Assembly (NCBI GenBank): GCA_965203355.1
Contig: OZ241889.1
Span: 3,040,001 to 3,104,000 of the forward strand
Reading direction: 5' to 3'
DNA from: Candidatus Latescibacterota bacterium
GTDB taxonomy: Bacteria > Latescibacterota > UBA2968 > UBA8231
Length of the DNA stretch: 64,000 nucleotides
The position numbers were made by a program, and so were the translations under genes. Position 1 is the stretch's first letter. Every line of letters starts with the position of its first letter. Below the pieces are notes generated by a model. That model saw nothing but the letters and a program-made list of their open reading frames with translations. It was not told the DNA's origin and did not search any database. Below are positions 38,802-49,241 of the stretch, one piece after another.

Positions 38802-39755
38802 TTACCCTTGCGCTGATGCTACTGATTCGATAAACCCATCGACGCTGAAATAGCGGAACCCCGTATCGCAGAGCATGGTCACTAGCCGGGCTGCTGGGCC
38901 CAGCTCGCTAGCCACCTGCAAACTGGCCGCCACATTGGCCCCGGACGAAGGCCCCAACAGCAACCCTTCCTCGCGGGCCAAGCGGCGGGTGTAGTGAAAA
39001 GCCTCGTCGTCGTCTATCTGCACGATCTGGTCGAGCAATGCTCGGTTGAGGACTTTGGGCACAAGCCCCGCGCCAATCCCCTGAATGCCGTGCAAATCGG
39101 CTGCGCCCCCGGACAGCACGGGCGAGCGCTTAGGCTCGACCGCTACTACGCGCACATTGGGCACGGCCTGCTTGAGCACGTCCCCAACGCCCGTGATGGT
39201 GCCGCCAGTCCCCACCCCGGCGACAAAGGCGTCTAATTCGCCTCCAGTGGCGGCGAGAATCTCCGCGGCCGTGGTGCGGCGGTGGGCTTCGGGGTTGGCC
39301 ACGTTGGCAAATTGCTGGGGAATAAACACGCCCTCGGGATCGGCGGCCTTAAGTTCTTCGGCCCGGCGAATGGCCCCGGGCATGTCGGCGGCCGCGGGCG
39401 TCAGCACAATCTCTGCGCCGTAGCTGGCCATGACTTGTCGCCGCTCCAAGCTCATGCTCTCGGGCATGGTCAACACCAGCCGGTAGCCCAAGACGGCCGC
39501 GGTCAACGCCAGCGCAATCCCGGTATTGCCGCTGGTAGGTTCGACGATGGTCATGCCCTTTTTGAGTTGGCCCGTTGCCTCGGCGGCGCGGATCATGCTA
39601 ACGCCGATGCGGTCTTTGACGCTGCCGGTTGGATTGCGTGCTTCGAGTTTGCCGTAGAGTTGGCTGCCGTTGGCCGGCGCGACGCGGTAGAGGTGCACGA
39701 GCGGCGTGTCCCCCACCAACTGCAACATGTCGTCTGCGGTCTTGCGCTTGCTCAT
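38802..39755 (-). CDS. cysK: cysteine synthase
   Basis: NPTGSVKDR, PTSGNTG, GVGTGGT, IQGIGAG. Confidence 0.92.
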   Translation of the reverse strand: MSKRKTADDMLQLVGDTPLVHLYRVAPANGSQLYGKLEARNPTGSVKDRIGVSMIRAAEATGQLKKGMTIVEPTSGNTGIALALTAAVLGYRLVLTMPESMSLERRQVMASYGAEIVLTPAAADMPGAIRRAEELKAADPEGVFIPQQFANVANPEAHRRTTAAEILAATGGELDAFVAGVGTGGTITGVGDVLKQAVPNVRVVAVEPKRSPVLSGGAADLHGIQGIGAGLVPKVLNRALLDQIVQIDDDEAFHYTRRLAREEGLLLGPSSGANVAASLQVASELGPAARLVTMLCDTGFRYFSVDGFIESVASAQG

Positions 39756-41812
39756 GCCTCGGCCTTCAACTGTTCGACTAAGTCCGCAGCCGTTGACAAA
39801 GGCCGCGAACAGGTCTCGTCGCGGCACACGTACGCTCGTCCACCCACGGACAGCTTCCCCGCCAACAGCGGTAACGCCGCCGCGTCTTCATCGGCCCCAA
39901 CAGAAGCGGCCAACACGACCTTATTGGGCACAAAGCACCGATGCAGCGCAGCGGCAAAAGTGCGGCACTCATCTTGGTCTCCTACCAAGGCCACTTCGGT
40001 GGGCCTAGCCAAGTAGAAGTCGAGAGCGCAGAGCATTTGCGCTCCAGCGGCCGGAGCGCGGCGCAACAGCTGTTCGAAGAGGACGAGCGTTTGCTCGCCC
40101 TGCTGCCACAACGCCTGATCGCCCTTCATCGCCCCCAAGCGCAGCAGGGCCAAGGCACCCAACGAGTTGCCCGAGGGCGTGGCGTTGTCAAATGGGTTCT
40201 TGGTGCGCACGATCAAGTCAGTCGCCTCGGCTCCCGCATAGAAAAATCCCCCACGCGCCTCATCCCAAAACCGCGCAATCATCTCGCCGGCCCAGCGCTC
40301 GGCCGCGGCAAAGAAACGCAACTCGAAACTCGCCTCGTATAGGTCGAGCAGGCCGTTGACCAGACCGGCGTAATCGTCTTGGTAGGCCGGAATCCGCGCC
40401 CGACCATCCTTGTAGGTATGCAGGAGACAGCCATCGCAGACCATGCGCTTCAAGATGAAGTCAGCCGCCTCGACCGCCGCTCGCAGGTAGCGTGCGTCCC
40501 CAATAACCTGATAGGCGCGGGCCATTGCGCTGATCATCAGCCCGTTCCAAGCCGTCAGAATCTTGTCATCGCGCCCGGGGGCCACGCGCTCCTGCCGCGC
40601 CGCCAGCAGCACCGCGCAACCGCGCTCCACCACGTGCGACAGCCGCTCTGGCGTCACCCCGAGGGAGTGCGCGACACCCGCCAGCTCGTTTTCGACGTGC
40701 AAGATGTTGCGCCCGTGCTCGAAATTGCCCTCGGGCACAACGCCGTAATAGCGGGCGAATAGCGCAGCCTCTTCTTCGCCCAACAAATGCTCAATTTCCG
40801 CTAAAAGCCAGGTAAAAAACAGCCCTTCCTCGCCCTCGCTATCCGCGTCCTGCGCCGCATAGAAGCCGCCGCCGGGCTGGGTCATTTCGCGCAGCACATA
40901 GCCGAGGGTGTGCTCGACGACCTCGCGGTAGAATTCGCCTTGGGTCGCCTGATAGGCTTCGAGATACGTCCACACCAGCAAGGCGTTGTCGTAGAGCATT
41001 TTTTCAAAGTGGGGCACGAGCCAGCGCTCATCTACCGAATAGCGGTGAAAACCCCCGCCAAGCTGGTCGTACATCCCGCCCCTGGCCATGCGTTTGAGCG
41101 TGTGCTCGGCCATATCCAACGCCCGCTGGTCGCCGCGTCTAACATAGCGCCGCAACAGCAGCGACAAGCTCATGCTCGGCGGGAATTTGGGCGCGCCGCC
41201 AAATCCTCCGTATTGGGAGTCGTACGTGGATTTAAGCTGCACACAGGCCCGGTCGAGGACTTCTTCTCCGGGGACGCCACCCGGCGTCAAAAACTCGGCG
41301 TGTTGCTGGAGCGCACGCATCAGTTCGGCGGTTTTTTCGGCGACGCTAGCGCGGTTTTCCCGATAGTAATCCGCTATGGCTTGCAGCACCTTGGGAAAGC
41401 CCGGCCGGCCGTGGCGATCTTCGGGCGGAAAGTACGTCCCGCCGTAAAAAGGCTGCAAATCCGGCGTCAGGAACACCGTCATCGGCCAGCCCCCTTGGCC
41501 CGTCATGGACTGCACGGCCGTCATGTAAATCTCATCGACATCGGGCCGCTCCTCGCGATCGACCTTGATGTTGATAAAGTGCTCGTTCATGCGCTGGGCG
41601 ATTTGCTCGTTTTCAAAGGATTCGCGCTCCATGACGTGGCACCAATGACAGGCCGAATACCCCACCGAGAGCAAGATGGGCCGGTCGGCAGCCCGGGCCG
41701 CGGCCAGCGCTTCCGCGCCCCAAGGATACCAATCGACGGGATTGTGGGCGTGCTGGCGCAAGTACGGACTGGATTCGTCGGCGAGGCGGTTGGTGTGCTT
41801 GGAATCGGTCAT
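39752..41812 (-). CDS. thioredoxin-domain protein, YyaL/SSP411 (DUF255) family
   Basis: NRLADESSPYLRQHAHNPVDW, CHWCHVM, GGFHRYSVD, PHFEKMLYDNA. Confidence 0.92.
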   Translation of the reverse strand: MTDSKHTNRLADESSPYLRQHAHNPVDWYPWGAEALAAARAADRPILLSVGYSACHWCHVMERESFENEQIAQRMNEHFINIKVDREERPDVDEIYMTAVQSMTGQGGWPMTVFLTPDLQPFYGGTYFPPEDRHGRPGFPKVLQAIADYYRENRASVAEKTAELMRALQQHAEFLTPGGVPGEEVLDRACVQLKSTYDSQYGGFGGAPKFPPSMSLSLLLRRYVRRGDQRALDMAEHTLKRMARGGMYDQLGGGFHRYSVDERWLVPHFEKMLYDNALLVWTYLEAYQATQGEFYREVVEHTLGYVLREMTQPGGGFYAAQDADSEGEEGLFFTWLLAEIEHLLGEEEAALFARYYGVVPEGNFEHGRNILHVENELAGVAHSLGVTPERLSHVVERGCAVLLAARQERVAPGRDDKILTAWNGLMISAMARAYQVIGDARYLRAAVEAADFILKRMVCDGCLLHTYKDGRARIPAYQDDYAGLVNGLLDLYEASFELRFFAAAERWAGEMIARFWDEARGGFFYAGAEATDLIVRTKNPFDNATPSGNSLGALALLRLGAMKGDQALWQQGEQTLVLFEQLLRRAPAAGAQMLCALDFYLARPTEVALVGDQDECRTFAAALHRCFVPNKVVLAASVGADEDAAALPLLAGKLSVGGRAYVCRDETCSRPLSTAADLVEQLKAEA

Positions 41813-42146
41813 AATTATAAATAATACGATGCGCCGGGCATTGGCGACAGCGCTAACGACGCCCGCAAACGGGCGCTCCAAGTCCAAACCAACGGCGCAC
41901 CTGCTGGGGGTGTACAGTGCTGCGCTAGCAGCTTCGCGTTTCCTCTGTTACTCATTAGTGTATCCCGTTGGGGGCAATAGCCGCTTATGGCGGCTCATCA
42001 GACAACCGACATAACAAATTGCCGAACAAACCATTGGGCACTCAAACCAATCGCTGGCACACTTTCTGCTAACACCCTAGACACGCGGTTCGCTGACGGA
42101 CTGCTCACTCATTCATTTATGCTCATCTATCAGCAGGAGGATACCC

Positions 42147-42548
42147 ATGCCGACCTTACGGATGCCCAACATCAACCAAGTCGCCCTCAGCGGCCGCTTG
42201 GTGCAAGACCCTGACTTTCGCTTCATGGACAACGGCGCCGCGCGCTTGCGGGGGCGGGTTGCCGTCAACCGCTCCTATCGCGACCGCAATCAAGAATGGC
42301 AAGAGGAGACCTCCTTCTTCGACATCGTGCTCTGGCAGAAAGCCGCCGAGACCTTGGCCAAACGCCTGCACAAAGGCACGCCGGTCTTTATCACCGGCCG
42401 CCTGCAAAGCCACTCTTGGCGCGACAGCGACGACCAGCCCCGCTTTCGCGTCCAAGTGCAAGTGCGCAATCTGCAAGTTCTAGAAAGAGATGCAGAAGAC
42501 ATACAGGAGGAAAACGCGCAGCAAGAAACCGCCCTCCAAGCGGCTTGA
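42147..42548 (+). CDS. ssb: single-stranded DNA-binding protein
   Basis: NQVALSGRL, KG..V.ITGRLQ..SW OB-fold motifs. AGGAGG RBS. Confidence 0.9.
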   Translation: MPTLRMPNINQVALSGRLVQDPDFRFMDNGAARLRGRVAVNRSYRDRNQEWQEETSFFDIVLWQKAAETLAKRLHKGTPVFITGRLQSHSWRDSDDQPRFRVQVQVRNLQVLERDAEDIQEENAQQETALQAA

Positions 42549-42617
42549 GCAAGGAATGTGCGCGGGCCAGCGGGTGCAGTCGGCGGACGAACGAGACGCG
42601 CCACGCTCGGCCCGCGC

Positions 42618-43799
42618 TTATTCCACTCGCTCAAAGAGCGCGGCAATGCCCATCCCCCCGCCAATGCACAGCGCGGCTATACCCAGCCTGACGCTGTGGT
42701 GCCGCATCTGGTGCAAAAGCGTGGTGGCAATGCGCGCACCGCTGGCGCCAACGGCGTGGCCGATGGCAATGGCTCCGCCTTGGACGTTGACCTTATCCCA
42801 GTCCCAATCCAGTTCCCGCCCCACGGCCAAGCTCTGAGCGGCAAAGGCTTCGTTTAGCTCAATCCGCCCCACGTCTTCGAGCCGAGTCCCAGTCTGGGCC
42901 AATAGTTTGCGGATCGCGGGGACCGGGCCGATGCCCATAATACGCGGATCGACGCCAGCACTCGCCGTGCCCCGGAGGTAGGCCAGCGGCACCAGCCCGC
43001 GCGCCTTAGCCCCTTCTTCGGTCATCAACAGCAGTGCGGCGGCCCCATCGTTGATGCCCGAAGCATTGCCGGCGGTCACAGTCCCCTCTTTCTTGAATGC
43101 CGGTTTGAGCTGACTTAGCTGCTCAACCGTAGTCCCGGGGCGCGGATGCTCATCGGCTGCAAAGACGGTCTCTTCGCCTTTTTGCGCGATGGAGATGGGC
43201 ACAATCTGGCCGGCAAATGCCTGCTCCTCTTGGGCGCTAGCCCACCGCTGTTGGCTCTGCGCGGCGAATTGGTCCTGCGCGGCGCGGGTAATCCCGTATT
43301 CTGCGGCCAAATTTTCGGCTGTAATCCCCATGTGGCAGTCGTAAAAACAATCCCACAACCCATCGAGCAATAGCATGTCCTCAACTTGGCCGTGCCCTAG
43401 TCGCTGCCCCCAGCGCCCGCCGGGTAGGACATAGGGTGCTTGGCTCATGTTCTCCATGCCCCCGGCCAGCACCACCTCGGCCGCTCCGACCCGCAGGCTC
43501 TGGGCGGCCAACCCGATGGCCTTTAGCCCCGAGCCACAGAGCTTATTAACCGTCATCGACGGCACCTCGTACGGCAGCCCGGCCGCGATGGTCGCTTGGC
43601 GCGCCGGATTGGCCCCGGCCCCGCCCTGATACACCATGCCCATCAGTACTTCATCTACTTCGCGCATTTCCACTTGGCACTCTGCCAAGGCCGCGGCGAG
43701 CACCTTGCCGCCCAATTCCGCCGCCGGCACGTCTTGCAGCGCACCGCCAAAGCGGGCCGTGGCCGTGCGCCGAGCGCTGACTACAACTGGATCTGCCAT
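42618..43799 (-). CDS. atoB: acetyl-CoA C-acetyltransferase (thiolase)
   Basis: [27 protein letters not shown]. Confidence 0.93.
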   Translation of the reverse strand: MADPVVVSARRTATARFGGALQDVPAAELGGKVLAAALAECQVEMREVDEVLMGMVYQGGAGANPARQATIAAGLPYEVPSMTVNKLCGSGLKAIGLAAQSLRVGAAEVVLAGGMENMSQAPYVLPGGRWGQRLGHGQVEDMLLLDGLWDCFYDCHMGITAENLAAEYGITRAAQDQFAAQSQQRWASAQEEQAFAGQIVPISIAQKGEETVFAADEHPRPGTTVEQLSQLKPAFKKEGTVTAGNASGINDGAAALLLMTEEGAKARGLVPLAYLRGTASAGVDPRIMGIGPVPAIRKLLAQTGTRLEDVGRIELNEAFAAQSLAVGRELDWDWDKVNVQGGAIAIGHAVGASGARIATTLLHQMRHHSVRLGIAALCIGGGMGIAALFERVE

Positions 43800-43873
43800 G
43801 TTTTACCTTTCGCTTCTGCGCGGTCGCGTTGACGCGGGGTAGTCGCTAATTTAACTTTTTGTCCACCGGCTAT

Positions 43874-43949
43874 GGGGCTGTAGCTCAGTTGGGAGAGCGC
43901 GGGCTTTGCAAGCCTGAGGTCGTCGGTTCGATCCCGATCAGCTCCACCA
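43874..43949 (+). tRNA. tRNA-Ala(TGC)
   Basis: 76 nt: GGGGCTG acceptor stem with G3:U70, anticodon loop TT-TGC-AA, GTTCGA T-loop and encoded CCA. Confidence 0.97.
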
Positions 43950-44217
43950 TACATCGCGGCGCATACGGGTTGGACATCAATCAGTTTGGCCCGTATGCGA
44001 CAGTTCTGCCACTTTATCTCTGCTTCCATTTCCGCCCTCAGCCCTGCCCATGCCGTCGTACCTGTCGAGCCTATGGCCGGATTTTTACAAAACGTACACC
44101 TTGTTCAGCTTAAAGGCGAGAGATTTTCACTTTCCCGCTTCGCACTTTCTATTATAGAGGAACGCGACCCGATCCGCCGGGAGACGCCTGCCCTGCCCAT
44201 TACCTGAGCCGAAAGGA

Positions 44218-44994
44218 TTGACCATGCTCTACGGCCTGCTCTTCGTCCTCGCCCTCGCTGGCTCTGCCAGCACCCAAGAGATCACCCGCTTCCAAGCGCC
44301 ACCTGATGAGCTACCTACCTACCAAGTCCTCCGCACCGACCGGGGAATCCAAGTCGATGGTCGCTTAGACGAGGCCGACTGGCAAAACGCCGCGCCCATC
44401 GCCTTTGTCATGCCTTGGAGCGACCCCAAAAAAGCAGAACCGCAATCCACGACGGCCCGCTTGCTGTGGGACGACGACAACCTCTACATCATCTACGAAT
44501 GCGTCGATCCGTATCTCCATTCAGCCGTAACCGAACACGACGGAGCGGTGTACCAAGAGGACGCCGTCGAGATTTTCGCCGCGCCCAACCCGGCGACCCC
44601 CGGCAACTACTACGGCTATGAGATGAACATCAACGGCACGCTGCTCGACTACATCGCCTTCGGCGGCGGCCAGCAACGCACCAAGGCCATTCATCCAGCC
44701 TGGCAGAGCGAGGGCGTGGTCATTGCCACGACCTACGACGGCACCCTCAACGACCACGCGGACACCGACCAAAGCTGGATTCTCGAAATCGCCATCCCCC
44801 ACGACAATTTCCGCCATTTGGGCGGGCCGATCCCACCCCAAGACGGCGACCAATGGCGCGCCGGGCTAAACCGCACTAAGGGCTATCAAGGCCAATTTGG
44901 CCTGTGGTCTGACACCGGCACCCCTACAGCCGACTTCCACCGCGCCAACCGATTCGGCATCCTCACCTTCTCGGCCGCTGTCGTCGGCCGCTAA
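44218..44994 (+). CDS. secreted carbohydrate-binding family 9-like (DOMON-like) protein
   Basis: Signal peptide, DGRLDEADW, ARLLWDDDNLY, EDAVEIF, WILEIAIP. Confidence 0.8.
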   Translation: MTMLYGLLFVLALAGSASTQEITRFQAPPDELPTYQVLRTDRGIQVDGRLDEADWQNAAPIAFVMPWSDPKKAEPQSTTARLLWDDDNLYIIYECVDPYLHSAVTEHDGAVYQEDAVEIFAAPNPATPGNYYGYEMNINGTLLDYIAFGGGQQRTKAIHPAWQSEGVVIATTYDGTLNDHADTDQSWILEIAIPHDNFRHLGGPIPPQDGDQWRAGLNRTKGYQGQFGLWSDTGTPTADFHRANRFGILTFSAAVVGR

Positions 44995-45018
44995 AACGCG
45001 GAGAAGGCCGCTTTTTCT

Positions 45019-47196
45019 ATGGTTGCACGACACATGCGACAAATGCTCGCCCGCCTAGGGGCTTGGGCTGTGCGGCTCAAAAGCAGGCGGCACAAAAGGC
45101 AACGGCTGTGGCTGCGCCTGTTGGGCTTTTACCTCGCCTTGGGGTTGGTGCCCTTGTTGCTGGTCGAGCTCGTTGTGTTGAACACGGTCCACGACACCAT
45201 AGGAGAAGCCGTGATGGACAGCCGCCGCGAAATGGCGCACCGCACGGCCGAGGAAATCGTCCACATCTTTTCTCCCATCGTCTCCGACCTAGAATACCTC
45301 GCCAAGCCGCAGTATTGGCGCCATTTCCAAAACCAAATACAGGCCGCTGCCCGGCCCGCCGCCGACAGCCTATACGCTGCCCTGATCAAAGAATTCAAAG
45401 ACGGAGCTAGGGAGATAGAGGGGCTTTACTTAGCGGACACCCAAAACCAAATACAGGCCGCCAACACATCGGTTGCCCTGCCGACTTCCTACGACTGGGA
45501 AGCAACGTGGAAAAAATTGGCCGCCGACAGCCTATACGTTGCCCTGATCGAAGAATTCAAAGAGCTGCCCAAGTTGTTTGTCGCGCTGCCGGTGGCACGG
45601 GACGGCCAGCCGCGCCAACAAGCCCTAATCGCGCGTCTCGACTTTCACCGGGTCTGGCAAAAAATAAATCTCGCCCGCATCGGCAGAACCGGCTACGCAA
45701 CCTTGCTCTACGCCGCGGATGGACGTTACCTAGCACGGCCTACGCGCCAGGCCTTCTACACGTGGAACCACCACCCGCACATAGAGGCCATGCGCGGGAC
45801 CGCGGGGAACCTCTTGTGGCGCGATGTGGCGGGCACCGAGTGGATCACCGGGTTTGCTCGCGTGCGCAACTGGGACTGGATCGTCGCTATTGAACAACAC
45901 GCCGCCGAGGCCTACGCCCCGTACACGATCGTGCTGTACTCCCTCTACGCGATCGTCGCGCTGTCGGCCTTGGCGGCGTTGCTGCTGGGGGTGCTGACGC
46001 GGAACGCGGTCGTCGCGCCCCTCGTCTTACTTACGCACGCCGTGCGTCGCCGCCGCGATGGCTACCCCCTCATAGGCATCCCAACCGAGCGCCGCGACGA
46101 AATCGGCCAACTAGCCGCGGCCTTTGCCGAGATGGACCACGCGCTGACCGCCCGCCAGCGCGACTTGGAAAGCACTTTGGACTTGCAGCATCATTTGCTC
46201 GAAGACAATCCCCTCGCCATTGCCTTGCTCGACGCCGAGTACCGCATCGCACACGGCAACAAGGCGTGGGCCAGTTTGCAGCTACCACCCACTGACGCCT
46301 TGGCAGCGACCCCGGCCGGTGCCCAGCTACGCGCTTGGCTCGCAGCCCACCCGATGGTGCAAGAGGCCGACAATATACTCATCGAAGACGCCGAAGGCCG
46401 CGCACACTACTGGAACCTACACAAGGCCGAGTTGAGCCATGGCCATCGCGGCAAGATCTTGCTCGTGATCGAAGATCAGACTCAGCAGCACTTGCTCGAG
46501 CTACACTACATGCAGGCCGAAAAACTATCGGCGCTCGGCGAGGTGGCCGCTGGCGTCGCGCACGAAATCAAAAACCCCCTCGCCATTGTGCAGAACACCT
46601 GCGACCTGCTGCCTCGCTTAGGCCCCAAAGAAGAAGAGGAACGCGACGAGGTCTTGCACATGATGCGCGAGGCCATCCGCCGCATAGACGAGCGCGTCGG
46701 CAGCCTGCTCGACTTTGCGCGGCCGGCCCAGCACTTAGTGGAGCCAATAGACGCCGCCGAGGTGCTGGGGCAGTTGCTCGACTTGGAGACCAAACAAGCC
46801 GAACACCTCGGCATCTCGATCGAGCGCCAGTTTGAGCCGGTGCCCTCGGTGCTCATAAACCGCGACATGCTCAAGGACATCTACCTCAACATCATCCGCA
46901 ACGCCTTCCAGGCCATGCCCCAAGGCGGCGGCTTGCGGGTGAGCGTCCGCCCGGTGCAGAAAGGCGTCGCCATAAAAATCTGCGACACCGGCACCGGCAT
47001 TGCCCCAGAACAAATCCCCCGCATATTTGAGCCGTTCTTTTCCACCAAAGCTCCGGGGGAAGGCACGGGCTTGGGGCTGGCCATCGCCCAGCGTCAGTTG
47101 CAAGAAATCGGCGGCCACATAGAGGTGACAAGCCGCGTTGGCAAAGGCACTTGCTTCGCGCTCTTGCTGCCTTGCAATAATAAAGAGGAAGCATAG
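45019..47196 (+). CDS. membrane sensor histidine kinase (Cache-HAMP-PAS-HisKA-HATPase)
   Basis: Two TM helices, RDEIGQLA (HAMP), H-box AHEIKNPL, DTGTG, FFSTK..GEGTGLGL. Confidence 0.92.
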   Translation: MVARHMRQMLARLGAWAVRLKSRRHKRQRLWLRLLGFYLALGLVPLLLVELVVLNTVHDTIGEAVMDSRREMAHRTAEEIVHIFSPIVSDLEYLAKPQYWRHFQNQIQAAARPAADSLYAALIKEFKDGAREIEGLYLADTQNQIQAANTSVALPTSYDWEATWKKLAADSLYVALIEEFKELPKLFVALPVARDGQPRQQALIARLDFHRVWQKINLARIGRTGYATLLYAADGRYLARPTRQAFYTWNHHPHIEAMRGTAGNLLWRDVAGTEWITGFARVRNWDWIVAIEQHAAEAYAPYTIVLYSLYAIVALSALAALLLGVLTRNAVVAPLVLLTHAVRRRRDGYPLIGIPTERRDEIGQLAAAFAEMDHALTARQRDLESTLDLQHHLLEDNPLAIALLDAEYRIAHGNKAWASLQLPPTDALAATPAGAQLRAWLAAHPMVQEADNILIEDAEGRAHYWNLHKAELSHGHRGKILLVIEDQTQQHLLELHYMQAEKLSALGEVAAGVAHEIKNPLAIVQNTCDLLPRLGPKEEEERDEVLHMMREAIRRIDERVGSLLDFARPAQHLVEPIDAAEVLGQLLDLETKQAEHLGISIERQFEPVPSVLINRDMLKDIYLNIIRNAFQAMPQGGGLRVSVRPVQKGVAIKICDTGTGIAPEQIPRIFEPFFSTKAPGEGTGLGLAIAQRQLQEIGGHIEVTSRVGKGTCFALLLPCNNKEEA

Positions 47197-47198
47197 CC

Positions 47199-48602
47199 AT
47201 GGTCCGATACGACGGCAAAATACTCATGATCGACGACGAGCAGGCCCTACTGAAGCTGTCGAGCAGCATCTTGCGGCGCGAGGGATTTTTCGTGGAAACC
47301 CGCTCGGACGCACGCGAAGCACTCGCGCTCCTGCGCGACGAGTCCTTCGACATCATCCTGCTCGACTTGCAGATGCCCGGGATGAGCGGCCTCGAATTTC
47401 TGCGGCAATTCAACGTGCGCGAGCGGCCCGAGGAAGTGCTCATCTTGACGGCCCATGCGGATGTCCAAAGCGCGGTAGAGACCGTCAAGCTGGGCGCGTA
47501 TGGATATTTGGCCAAGCCTTTTAACGCCGAAGAAATCCTCAGTCACCTCAACAACATCCGCGAGCTACAAAAGCTCCGGGCCGAAAATGAACGCCTGCGC
47601 CAAGCACAGGACGAGGGGTTGGGCATGGTCGGCCAGACCGAGCAAATGCGGCAAATCTCCCGCCTGGTGCAAGACGTGGCCTCCACCCCCCTGCCGGTGC
47701 TCATCTGCGGCGAGAGCGGCACCGGCAAGGAACTGGTCGCCGCGGCCATCCACCGGGCCAGCGACCGCGCGGCCAGCCCTTTTGTGCGTTGCAACTGTGC
47801 GGCCTTGAACGCGGGCGTGCTAGAAAGCGAGTTATTCGGGCATGTAAAAGGCGCTTTCACCGGCGCGGTGCGCGACCGCAAAGGACGCTTTACCGAGGCC
47901 GATGGCGGCACCCTGTTCCTCGACGAAATCGGCGACATGGACGTCGAGTTGCAAACTCGGCTGTTGCGCGTGTTGCAGGAAGGGGAATTCGAGATGGTGG
48001 GATCGACCGAGACCCGCACGGTCGATGTGCGCGTCCTGTCGGCGACCCACCACAACTTGACGCAGGCCGTGGCCGAGGGCCGGTTCCGCGAGGATTTGTT
48101 CTACCGCCTCAACGCGGTCACCATTGAGGTGCCGCCGCTGCGCCAGCGCAAGGCCGACATTCCCTTGTTTTGCCACTTTTTCATCGACCGCCTAAACGAC
48201 CGCTTCGACAAACAGATACAAGGGGTCAGCAAAGAAGCGCTAGCGTATCTCGAAGCCTATGACTGGCCGGGCAATGTGCGCGAGATGGAGAACGCGATCA
48301 TGCGCGCCATAGCCCTGGCCAAGGGACCGGCAATCGAGGTGGATGATCTGCCGACGACTATCGTAGAGAACGCGCCCCGGCGGAACGAGCCAGCAGCAGA
48401 GGAAGCGGCCGAGCCGCCCGACTCGCTCTTCCACGCGGCACGTGAGCACTTTGAGGAGCAGTTCATCCGCGACGCCCTAGCGAAAACCGGCGGCAATATC
48501 AGCCAAGCGGCTCAGCAGATCCAGTTGGGGCGGCGCAATTTACAGCGCAAGATCAAGCAGTTCAACATCGACGTGAGCCAATACAGCCACCGGCCTGAAT
48601 AG
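47199..48602 (+). CDS. sigma54-dependent response regulator (NtrC/AtoC family)
   Basis: Receiver DD...D...K, GESGTGKE, ESELFGH, GAFTGA, FLDEIG and a Fis-type HTH. Confidence 0.95.
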   Translation: MVRYDGKILMIDDEQALLKLSSSILRREGFFVETRSDAREALALLRDESFDIILLDLQMPGMSGLEFLRQFNVRERPEEVLILTAHADVQSAVETVKLGAYGYLAKPFNAEEILSHLNNIRELQKLRAENERLRQAQDEGLGMVGQTEQMRQISRLVQDVASTPLPVLICGESGTGKELVAAAIHRASDRAASPFVRCNCAALNAGVLESELFGHVKGAFTGAVRDRKGRFTEADGGTLFLDEIGDMDVELQTRLLRVLQEGEFEMVGSTETRTVDVRVLSATHHNLTQAVAEGRFREDLFYRLNAVTIEVPPLRQRKADIPLFCHFFIDRLNDRFDKQIQGVSKEALAYLEAYDWPGNVREMENAIMRAIALAKGPAIEVDDLPTTIVENAPRRNEPAAEEAAEPPDSLFHAAREHFEEQFIRDALAKTGGNISQAAQQIQLGRRNLQRKIKQFNIDVSQYSHRPE

Positions 48603-48680
48603 GAAGTGGCCATGTTGGAAATTCACAATCTATGATAAAAAACGGGCAGCCCAGCACCTATGCCGACCGCACCGACGAGG

Positions 48681-48914
48681 TTACGAAGGCCAGAACCGCA
48701 AAATGATATTGAGTAGTGCTAAACCAGTAGATACGGCGATGAACAAAGTCCGAACACTGCCTTTGAGGTTGGCAATTTCGGCTTTCAGGTTTCCCTCGGA
48801 TCGGGCGATTTCAGCCTTCACTTCGCCAATCTCGGCCTTCGTCGCTAGATGATCGTAAACGCCTTCCAGCCTAGCCAGACGCTCTTCGGGAGTTAGAGGT
48901 GAGGTATTCGCCAT
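48681..48914 (-). CDS. small coiled-coil protein with C-terminal TM helix (CCDC90/DUF1640-like), copy 1
   Basis: LATKAEI heptads, hydrophobic C-terminus, AAGGAG RBS. Duplicated at 50335-50589. Confidence 0.65.
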   Translation of the reverse strand: MANTSPLTPEERLARLEGVYDHLATKAEIGEVKAEIARSEGNLKAEIANLKGSVRTLFIAVSTGLALLNIILRFWPS

Positions 48915-49006
48915 GTCAATTCTCCTTTCATTAACAAGGTATTGAACGGCATAGAGCCGTCAACAGAAGTGCCGACATTCTCACCCGCTCCACACCAACG
49001 AACCCA

Positions 49007-49065
49007 TGCGATGATTAGTCGCACCAACGCGATGATTAGACGCACTTGTGCGACATATCATCGCA
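49007..49065. promoter_or_regulatory. three phased palindromic boxes (putative activator binding sites), set A
   Basis: TGCGATGATTAGTCGCA, CGCGATGATTAGACGCA and TGCGACATATCATCGCA start at 49007, 49028 and 49049 (21-bp period). Confidence 0.75.
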
Positions 49066-49190
49066 CTTTCATGGGGTCAAGCGGTCGCAACAAACGTCTC
49101 GACAAAGATTCTCGTTAATTTTACAATCCCTTATATAACAGATGGTTAGATCGATTTTATCGACCTGTTTGCCAGCCGCTGGCCCACGAC

Positions 49191-49206
49191 AGGCACGATA
49201 ATTGCA
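49191..49206 (+). promoter_or_regulatory. sigma54 (-24/-12) promoter A
   Basis: AGGCACGATAATTGCA matches GG-N10-GC and lies about 35 nt before the ATG at 49242. Confidence 0.75.
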
Positions 49207-49241
49207 TATATATACGCAGAGACCGACAGAGGACGGAAAGA

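Larger units (their letters stand above)
48668..49206. repeat. about 540-bp duplicated block (copy 2 at about 50322-50881)
   Basis: Near-identical sequence containing the small gene, three palindromic boxes and a sigma54 promoter. Confidence 0.9.

Noticed and set aside
43874-43949. tRNA-Ala as integration site of an island carrying the peptide locus
   Set aside because: No integrase and no duplicated tRNA 3' end seen in the window. It cannot be excluded beyond the right edge.
49007-49065. CRISPR array from the regularly spaced palindromes
   Set aside because: Units are 17 bp with 4-5 bp gaps and no unique spacers, there are no cas genes, and the position upstream of sigma54 promoters fits activator sites.
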